The notes under the pieces are model-generated. The model searched no databases, was not told where the DNA came from, and saw only the letters and a list, made by a program, of their open reading frames with translations. A stretch of DNA of 16,933 bases from Piromyces finnis finn (taxonomy: Eukaryota > Fungi > Neocallimastigomycota): assembly GCA_002104945.1 (NCBI GenBank), contig MCFH01000207.1:1-16933 (forward strand). The letters are read 5' to 3'. The position numbers were made by a program, and so were the translations under genes. This document shows positions 1 through 10,600 of this stretch, in pieces (position 1 is the stretch's first letter; each line of letters begins with the position of its first letter).

Positions 1-876
1 TTAATTAACACTTTAGTTATTGTAAATATTTGAATTTTTTTTTTTAATTATAATGGAAAAAAAAAAAATAAAAAAAAAAACAAAATAATATATTTGCTAA
101 TTTTAAATAACATTGATTTATAAATATTTTAACATTTTTAATTTTTCTTGTACCTTTTTTTTTTTTTTTGTTTTACTAAAATATACTTAATAAATATTTA
201 TGAATATATAAAAATTAACCATAGTATAAATAATTACTGAATTATAGAACTATTTAAAGAATTAAAAAAGTTTTTTTTTTTTTTTATCTATTGCTTTAGA
301 AATATTTGGTTAATATTATTATTTTTTTTTTTAAATAAATATTTTTGAAAGACATTTTAATTAAATGGAAAAATATAAAAGATTTTAAAAAACTTTTTCT
401 TTTCAATAAAGAAAAAAAGAATAATGAATAATGAGGGTATTATTAATTATTATAATGTTTTTATATGTCTTATTAAATAAATAAATAAAAAAATAGGTTA
501 ATCAACAAGCTAAAATAAATTAATTATAAATTTTTCTATAGTTCTTTTATAAGATAATGGTTAAATCAAATTATTCAATAATCCTTTTTTTTTTTTTTTT
601 TATTTTAAATATAGGTAGTACAATTTAATATGTTACTTACCATAATTTTATTAATATTAAATCACAAAACTTGATTTTTATAGTTGATATTAAATTAAAA
701 TCAAATCATTATATTCGATTTATTATAAAAAAAATAATTTTGAAATTTAAAGAAAATTTGTTTAATTTTGTCATTTATATTTTAATTTTAAAAAATAGCT
801 TTTTATTTATTCCCAGTAAAGAACCATTAAATAAAAATTAAAAAAATAAGTCCAGACAATATAATAATTTCTAATT

Positions 877-1487
877 ATGAAAGCCCAAATTAATACTGAA
901 TTAATACATGAAGGATGTGCAAATGATTTATGCTATTCTTCCAAGGGAAAGTATGTTGAATATATAAAATGTTCAAAATAAAATGAAACCTTTTATTATA
1001 AATAATGAGTAATTAATGCTATTGTAATTTACTGGGAAAATGTTATAATTAAATAATGATTATAATTATTATACTTTAAAATGAAAATTTAAGTGTTAAA
1101 AATTGTAATTGAATAGTATTAAAGCTATTACTTTTTTTTTTATTTAAATCATAAATTTTATTTAAATAAGTTAATTATGTTATTAAGTAATAATATTATA
1201 TATTCTTTAATTTTATTAATTCTTTATATTACATATTTTCGTATTTCTTAAATAATATAATCGCTAATATTCTAATTTGAAATCCTCAAAATTTCATGAT
1301 ATTAATTTTTTTTCCCCATTTTTTTTAATTATATTTTTAAATCATTTTTAGATGTATAATAACAGTCGTGACGATCATAAAATAAAGATAAAAAACATAA
1401 AGAATGATATTGAATCAAAAGTTTTAGATAATCATATAAGTAAAGTTACTTCGCTTGATATGTTTGTAAGTTTAGAAAATTATTGGT

Positions 1488-1521
<34 letters not shown>

Positions 1522-4500
1522 CTCATTAAATTGGAAAACTTTTAATTAATTTTTAATAAATAATAAAAAAAATTATTTTATAATAAAAATCCATAAGGAA
1601 AGAATTTTCGTTACAGGTCCGAAGATGGAACAGTTAAACTTTTTGAATATCCAGGTGGTAAATATGAAAAAACATTAACTCGTTTTTCATTACCAGTTCG
1701 AAGTTATGTTTTAGTCCAATGGAAGAAGAGTAGCTGTTGCTTCAGAGTAATTATATAATATAATATAAGAATTCTCAAAAGTCATTTTATAAAAATAAAT
1801 TATTTCAAAAATATAAAAATTTCTAATTGTTATTTTTTAATAATGATAATAATAATAATAATATATTACAATATTTTTATTATATTAATATGAATTAAAA
1901 GTTAGAATAATTAATATATTAGATATCTCAATTCAATTATAACAATAGAAAATCTTGATAATAAATAAAGTCTTTACGCTTGATCCTTCAGGAAAATATT
2001 TAGTAATTTTAATGCAATTTCAATATAGTATTAATAATTATAATTGTCTTTTCAATTTTTTTATATTAAAATTTTATATACTAATTTTTATAATAGATAA
2101 GTATTGATTCTAATGGTTTAATTAAAATATGGGACATTTCAAAATCTGAACCATCAGTTGTTGATAATAATCCTACTGTGACATCAATTTTTTCAAAGGA
2201 GTATGTTTAAATATTAATTAAAAATGTCAAATATAATAAAATATATAAATTTAAAGTTGTTTTTAATAATTCATGATATATAATTAAATTTTAAAAAAAT
2301 CAAGAAAAGTGTGATATTGTTTGGAATTCTAACAAAAAAACACTTTGCTCTTCCAGGAAATAATAATGGTAAATCATATTAACTGTCACTTTATAAACCG
2401 AAAAAAAAAAAATTCTTTATATATTTATTAATTATTTTATTTATTTTAAAAAGATATATTGGTTCTTAGTGGTAAAGATTGGTCTTTGTTATATAAATTT
2501 GAAAGTAAAGCTTTAAAGGTAATTATATTACTATTATTATTACTAAAATAATTTCTTACAATATGTATATTATCAGATTTGGAGAATTAATCTATGTGAA
2601 TACTTTTCTCTTACTATTAAAGCCTATTACGAGTTTAGCTTGGTCTGCTAATAGTTGGTATATGGCCGGTATTGACTGTGATTCAAATATATTGATATGG
2701 CGTACCCAAGATAAAAAATTATTAGCAAAGTAAATATTGTTAAAATTATAATGAATAATTTGAATATTCGTACTTGTTGTTAATTTTTTTTTATTATGTG
2801 ACATTTTTTATTAATTTGCTTATTGACCTAAATAAATAACTCAGATATAAGCACTCTTTTTCAACCAATTAAATTATCATGGAATCCAAAGGATAATGAC
2901 TTAGCTTTTGTATGTATAAATAATGTTAACCATATTTGGTTTATTTAATTATTAATGTATTTATTATTATAATGATAAAAAAGGTTGATGATGGTGGTAA
3001 TTTAAATATCTGGTCAGGATGTAAACAATATTTAGATAATTTAAAAAGTGAAACTAACTTCCCTGTTAATATTAATGATGAAGAAACTGAAGTCGAAAAT
3101 GTTAGTGAAAATATTATAAAAGATAATAAAAACGATATGAATTATTTATTTAATTTATTTGGAGATATTGAAGCTGAAGAAGATACAAATATAAAAGAAA
3201 GTCCAAAACCTGAGAATGGTAATTACTAAAAGTTTTAAATACAATTATATCGAAACTAAAAATTTTAAAATTCTATTAAACTAAGAATTAATTAAAATTT
3301 TTCAAAATAAAAGACATTCAAATGGTAGAAGCCGATCCAAATCAAAATAAAGAAACAATTGATGTTGAAGATTCATATAGTGAAGATGAAGGTATTGATG
3401 ATTTTGTAGAAGATGATGATGGTGCGGGATATTCAGAGCGTGGTTATGATGCGCCCAATTTCCATGAAAAAATTTAGATCAAAGCATAAACATAAAGCTG
3501 TTAGATTTGAAACCGAAGAATATAAACAACCATATTCTTTAGTCGATCCACAAGAAGCATTCCAACCTGGATCAACACCCCTTTTAAAATCAAATGGTGG
3601 TGGTAGTAATAAAAAATATTTAGGTAGATTTAAATATTTCTTATATAAATAATTACTTTAATATAAAAGGAAAAAGAAAAGTTTATTATTTATATTAATA
3701 ATCATATATTAATAATTCAAATATATATATATATATTTAAAATAATGGCTAAAAATAAAAAATAGCATTTAATATGCTTGGCTCTGTATCAAGTGTTCGT
3801 CACGATGAAGAAATATCTACTATTCATGTTGAATATCATGATAGATCTATACTTAGACCTTACAGTTTTACTGATCATAGAAATTATTCTATGGCTTCAT
3901 TATGTGAACATGGTGCCGTTTTTGCTTTGTGAAGGAAATGGTAAAAATAATTTAAAAAGTACACTTTTTTTAAACCTGTTGAAACTTGGGCCACTGAAAG
4001 TGATTGGTACTTGGAGATGAACGATGATGAAAATATTAAAGGTAATATATATCAGCTTTTATAATATTTTTTAAAAAAATAAAATAAATTATTATTATTT
4101 TTTCTTTTTAAATATTAATAAAAAAATTATTATTTTATAATTATTATAATTAAAAAAACAAAAAAACATTTAGTTGTTGCATTAACCAATAAAGGTGTTG
4201 TTGCAGCAACTGATAAAAAATATATTAGATTCTTTACTTTTAGTGGTTTCCAAAAACAAATTTTATCTATTAAAGGAAAAATTGTATCTATGTCAGGAAA
4301 CTCATTAAATAATCAACTTTTCATTGTATATCATAATGGTAATGTATTTGATGGTGATCAAAGTTTAGAATATATGCTTTATGATTCTGATAATTATAAA
4401 GTTATAAAGAAAGATGAATTACCAATTTCTCAAAATTCAACATTAGAATGGATTGGATTTACTGAATATGGTGTAATATATATTATAAATACTTTATTAT

Positions 4501-5855
4501 AAAATTTATCTATTAAGTTAAAAATAAGATATCATCAGAAATGTCATTTTTTAATAATAGCGTATATATTTTATTATTTTTATTAATTTATTATAGATTC
4601 CAGCAACATATGATTCTGAAGGTGTTGGAAGAATTTTAGTTAAACATCTTGACTATCAATGGATTCCTGTCATTGATACTTCATTCTTAAATAAAAACAA
4701 AGATGGTGATTCTATTGCTAAGCAATTTAATGACACAACCTATTGGGCTGTGGGTATGACTGAGAAACATTTATTATGTGTCATATTAAAGGTATATAAT
4801 ATATTATAACATAGCACTAGGAATCAAAAATTGATGTATTTGGATACATAAAATATATAATTAATACCTTTTCTTTAAATAATTTTATTTTAAAACAGGG
4901 TTCTGATCATTATTTACAATTCCAAAAGCCAATTGTTTCAGAAATTAATTTGAAGGTTCCATTACTACAATTAGATACTCAAGATGGAATGATAGAAGAA
5001 AGGTAAATACATTTTAAACATCCTTTTTATTTTATTTTATTTTATTTTTTTTTTTTTAAAAATTTTTAAAAAATTTCAAAACTTAACTAATTAAAATTAT
5101 TTACAAAACTTGATTTTTTCTTTTATCATTTAGAATATACCGAACTAACTTATTTATGAATATTAATCGTAATCAAAATAATGATATAATAAATGATGAT
5201 GTAGAAGATTCTAAATATGCTAAAGAAGATCTTGAATTAGATAAATTATTATTAACATTAATTATGGTAAATAATTTAACAATGTTTTGTGAATTCGAAA
5301 TTTACAAAAATTAATGGTTATTATTTTTTAATTTTATTAATTGTAATGAATTCATTAGAATGCTTGTAAAGTAGGAAATATTCAAAGGGCACTCGATTTA
5401 ACATCAACATTAAGATTAATTGCATCAGTTGAAAAAGCTGTTTTAATTGCAGTTCGTTATCATTTATCATCGTTAGCTGAAAGAATGCAGCTTATTCAAG
5501 AAGCCAAATTAACCAAACAAAAAGAAAGAGAATTAAATAAAAATAAAAGAAAGAGAATGCTTTCAAATAAGTATATAAATGATCAATCTGATGATGAACC
5601 ACCAGCATCACCTGAATTATTAGAAATGCCTGAAGAATATAATAATAATAGTAATAATAATGATAATAATAATATTGATGATAATATTGATGATAATTAT
5701 GTCAATAATATGAATTATATAAAAAAGGGAAATGTTATGAAAAAAGATAATGTTTCAAAAAAAATACTAAATAGAGAAATTGGTAAAAAAAGTATGTTTT
5801 ATTATTTTAATTTATTATTAAATATAAAACTACAAAATAATTATATTTCAATATA

Positions 5856-5886
<31 letters not shown>

Positions 5887-6199
5887 ACTAATTTTATTTA
5901 TAATTTATTAAATAAAAGCATTTAATCAACATTATAAAAATGTATCTGAAAATAAGAGAAATCCATTTGCTGTTGAAATTAAAAGTCCAAAACCAAAACA
6001 TACCTCATCTACTTTACTTGATGCCTTACAACATGGTATATTATTGAAAAAAAATTATTTATAATGATGTTTTAATTAAAATTAATACTTTAATGTATAT
6101 ACAAATATAGTTCAAAATGAACAACAAAATAAGGTAAAGAAGAGAAAAGCTATATTGAATAATACCATGTCTGATGTATGTTAATATTTAATTATTTGT

Positions 6200-6231
<32 letters not shown>

Positions 6232-6844
6232 GTAAATTAATTAATATTAATTATAATACTGTTTTTAAAAATATTTAATTATATAGGGTTCATTACCAGA
6301 AAAGAGAATGAGAAATTCTGTAAATTCATCAATTGTTGGATTTTTTGATGTTGACCAATCCAAAAAAGTTATGAAAAATGTAATTTAATTTCATATTCGG
6401 TTACTTGATAAATAAATTATATTGATATTAACTTTTCAAATATTATTACAATTTAATTAAAATAAAAATAAATATATTTGTATAAATTTATATATTAATA
6501 ACAGAAACAAGATAAACTTAGTAGTTCTGCTGTGAGTAGTACATCAAATGTAGAGCCAGAGGAAGAACCACATATAGAAGATGCCAATAATGAAATAAAT
6601 AATATAAATAATGAAAGTTTATTAGAATCAAATAATAATAAAAATGATCAAACTGAAGTAAATATATTAGTATATTAGTGTATTAATAATACTTTTTTTT
6701 AAGATTTTATTATGAATATTAAATTAAATTTATATTATTTAAAAATATTAAAATTTTTAATTCTTTTAGGAAAAGGAAAAGAATGTGACTAATAAACATG
6801 CCATATTAGAAAAATTTAAATTTAAAGGAAAAGAAAAAATTTAG
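877..6844 (+). CDS. CTF4: Ctf4/Mcl1/SepB/WDHD1 (And-1) family replisome hub protein: N-terminal WD40 propeller, acidic linker, SepB domain, low-complexity tail; 22 exons, ~1,115 aa after correcting 12 single-base coding indels
   Basis: Manual exon chain: 877-950, 1352-1465, 1598-1746, 1891-2002, 2097-2200, 2294-2368, 2454-2518, 2623-2729, 2845-2909, 2984-3218, 3314-3623, 3766-4041, 4174-4472, 4597-4791, 4899-5002, 5134-5266, 5359-5782 (or 5791), 5919-6035, 6111-6175, 6287-6379, 6505-6657, 6770-6844 (TAG). Introns are GT-AG except two acceptors missing G, and splice phases are consistent. WD40 motifs: CIITVGDDHKIKI, FVTGSEDGTVKLF, RFSLPVRSLCFSPNGRRVAVAS, KPITSLAWSANS..ILIW. Family motifs recognised from knowledge of Ctf4/Mcl1: EAFQPGSTP, STIHVEYHDRS, YIRFFTFSG, LEWIGFTEYGIPATYDSEG, YWAVG, KVPLL, ACKVGNIQRALDL. 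Exon sum of 3344 nt plus net +4 indel correction gives 3348 nt, a whole number of codons. Confidence 0.93.
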
Positions 6845-7646
6845 ATTGTATTTTTAATTAATATTTTGGGAATTTAAATTATTAATTTATATTTTTACAT
6901 TTTACATATTTTACATTGAAAAAATATTTTTTTTATGAAAAATAAATAATTTTTGTATATTTTATTTTATATTAAAACAGGCACATAATCAAATAATAAA
7001 AATAAAAAATATTAGTAAAAAAAAAAAAAATCATAAATATTATAAAAGATTGTTTAATTAATTCATATTAATGAAAAATGTATAAAAGATTATATAGTGT
7101 TTAAAAATATTAAAACTTTTAAAAGGAATTTTTTATTATATTATTGTAGAAGAAGTTAAAATTTTTTGAAATAATTGATAGTAGTTTTGTGAAGAAAATA
7201 TATTATTTTTCTAATTTAAATATATGAATGTTTAATAATTATTATATTTGATTAACATGTGAAATAATATATAATCAAAAATCAAAGCGATTGCAGTTAG
7301 TGTTTTTATAATATATTTTATGCATATTTTCCTCGTAAATCATTTATAGATTAATGTTTTATTTATATTTAATTTTTATTCTAAATTTAATATAGTAATA
7401 TAGTATAAATTAAATAACTTTAAATATAGTTTTTTCATATATTTTCTTTTTTCTTTTTTTCTTTTAGAAAATAAAATATTAACATTTTAAAATATATGAT
7501 AAATATTTATTTTATTTAAAAGTATTATTAATTTTTTTTTTTTTTTTTTTTTTTAGTTTTTAAATTATCTTTTGCTGTAAATAATATATAATAAAAAAAG
7601 TTTATTATAAAAATAATTATATAGGTTGTTCAACATAAAAAATAAA

Positions 7647-10600
7647 ATGGATGTTTCAAGTGACAGTATAATAGATAAACTTAAAAGTAAAAATGATAAT
7701 TTATTAACAAAAAAGAAAGCTATTTTATTATGGTATATTAGCAGTAAAAATATATTGATATAATATTGAATGTTTTTCTTTAATAAATTAATAAAAATTA
7801 AATTTATTAATATTTAAGGATTCAAACAGTATTAGCTCAAAAACAAAATAGTAATGATAAAACATTTAGTCCCGAAAATTTTTTTAGAACCATTTAAAGT
7901 ATTATATAGTATTATATATATATATTATAAAAATGAATATTGAGATAAAAATCAATAATTAAATGTATTTTTTGTTTTTATTAAAAAAATATATATATAT
8001 AAAAAATAAATGAAGAATGGAGTGGAATTATGTAATTTAATGAATATCATTAATAATAATTGCATACTGAAAATTAAATTAGAATCTGGAGTTTTTTCAT
8101 CGATAGAAAATTTGAATTTATTTGTTAATGGTAAATAATAATTAATATATAAAAAATATCAAGATTAATAAAAATACTTAAAATTTATTATTAATTATCT
8201 TACATAATATCACTAAATTTCAGCATGTAAAGATTATGGAATACAAAATATAAATGATTTTAATCCATATAATTTTATTATGGAAGCAAAGAATTCAGAA
8301 GAAAAATTTATACAAATTATGAAAGAACTATGTTTGACTTCTGTAGAAAGAGGATTTAGCCTCCCAGACTTTAATATTGAAAAATGTATAGTTTAATACA
8401 TAAATTTAACACTAAAATATAACCAGCATAATAATATATATGTATCTTATATAATTAATTTATTTTTCAATATTTTTAAAATTATATATATGATTCAAAC
8501 AAATCAATATTATTAATATAACATCCAATAAAAATAGTCAAAAGTTCTTTTGAAGACAAAAAAGATATGCAAGATAGTTCTGTAGTTAGAAGAATTTCAA
8601 AAAATTATATGAATATGAATATAAATTCAATGACATTTTCAAATATAGGAAACAAAGAATTATCAGGACAATCAGTTATTTCTCCGAATCATTCAAAGGA
8701 GCCATCTCAAATATCTACAAGTTTAAAATCTCCAATAATATTAGAAGAAGGAGTAAATTCCACATATGGTGAAGCTCCTAAAGATTTTTATCAAAAAAAT
8801 ATGTTCAAGAATTGAAATGATGGAAAATAATCAATCAAAACTATATACTTTAATTAATGAAATTAATATAAAAATGGTATATAATATTAATAATATTATT
8901 CATATAAATTTTAAATAAATTAATTCGAGATTTTCTAATATAATACAATATTATTTCTATTTCTATTTCTTATAATTGTTTTTAAAATTAATAATAATAC
9001 TTTTAAAAATTAAATGCCATAAATGATTAAATTATATGAAATTCAATATATTATTTATTTAATATAAATACAGGATAAAATTGAGGTTCTTAATAATTAT
9101 CAAAATAATTATATTGAAAAATTAGCAGCAAATACTCTTAATGGTTTAGATATAATGAATCAACAGTTAGAAGCTATTCAAGTACGTTTAGAAAAAGCAC
9201 CATCAAAGTCATTCGGTATTTCAAAAGGAAATTCACTTGCAAATATAAATACTAATGGTCTTCAAACTAGTAGCTCAACTTCATGTATTACAGCACCTCC
9301 TGAAAGTAGAAAACAAAGTCTATTTTTCGGTTCTTCAAAAGGAAATCAATCATTACCATCTTACAAAGCAAATTGAAATTCGGTCATTGGTCACATAATG
9401 ATAATCCATTACCGAAATCAAATTTAAATCCTCAATCTCAAAATCAAACTCAATCTCAGAATATTTCTGTAGCTTCATCTGCTAATACTAATGAAAACTC
9501 TGCACCAACTCCTCAACTTCAATATAGTACATTACCAGAAAATATCATTCAAATGAATTTATCAAGACAAGAAAATATGAGATTAATGTTATTTATGAAT
9601 TATTTGCAACAGAAGCAGATTATTGTAGAGATCTAAATGTTATTATAAATGTAATTATGATGTTTTATGCTATAATGGAATTTTTAATATTAAATATATT
9701 TATTAATAGTAATATTTTTATAAATATATATAATTATTGAAGTGTCTCATGGAAAACATTTCAAAAAGTAAACTTTTATCTGAAAAAGAATTCAATTGGC
9801 TGTTTTCCAATGTGAAAGATTTAGTTGTTGTTAATAAGGTATAAATTATAAGATGATATTTTACATTGAAAGAAAAAAAAAAAAAAATGAAAACATTTAT
9901 TTATTATATTAATTAATTAATATTTACTTTGTTATAAATAAATTTGTAATATATAAATAATAAAAGGAATTTAATGATAATTTGGTATCTCTAAAAGAAA
10001 ATGATCCAGTTATTCCAGAAATTGGAAATGAGTTTTTGAAAATTGCTGAAAAGTTAAAAACATATAAAGAATATTGTAGTAACTACCCATCAGCCTTGTC
10101 ATTATTAAGAGAATTAAATCAAAAACCAGAGATTAAAAATCTTTTAACAGTAATAACTACATAATATTTTAAATTAATAATAACATATAAAGCATATATT
10201 AATAAAAATTATATACATTATTTTTTTATTTAAGAAATTATCGACAGAAAATGCAGAATGTAGAGGTTTAAGTTTGGAATCCTTTTTGGTAATATATAAG
10301 TATAACTTTTATTTAAATATTATTGAATTCCTCACACAAAAAAATATTTTAAAAAAAATTTTTTAAAATATAAGATTAAACCTGTTCAAAGAATTTGTAA
10401 ATACCCATTAATGATTAAAGTATGCTAACTTATCCTTTTCATAAACTAGTTGTTATTTATATCTAAATTTAAAAATACTTTGATAATAATTTTTATTTTT
10501 AATTATTTAATATATTAGGAACTACTTAAATATACTAGCAAAGACTCTAAGGATCATCCTATTTTAGAAAATTCTTTAACAGTAATTGAAAATGTTATTG

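Noticed and set aside
1-876. Poly-A/poly-T tracts upstream of CTF4 as specific promoter elements; RNA genes, transposons or CRISPR arrays anywhere in the window
   Set aside because: The tracts are generic in this genome, and I saw no MCB (ACGCGT) site. There is no GC-rich structured segment, terminal repeat, transposase/RT motif or repeat-spacer array.
2571-2622. Alternative acceptor TATCAG at 2576 for CTF4 exon 8
   Set aside because: It is out of phase with the WD40 reading. The acceptor at 2622 gives the clean junction SKALK/PITSLAWS.
2592-2804. Minus-strand 70-aa ORF
   Set aside because: It is antisense to CTF4 exon 8 and its flanking introns and has no recognisable motif.
6893-6916. TTTTACATTTT match to the S. 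cerevisiae ARS consensus, within three TTTTACAT copies in the CTF4 3' region
   Set aside because: Such matches are expected often at this AT content, and sequence-defined ACS origins are a budding-yeast feature.
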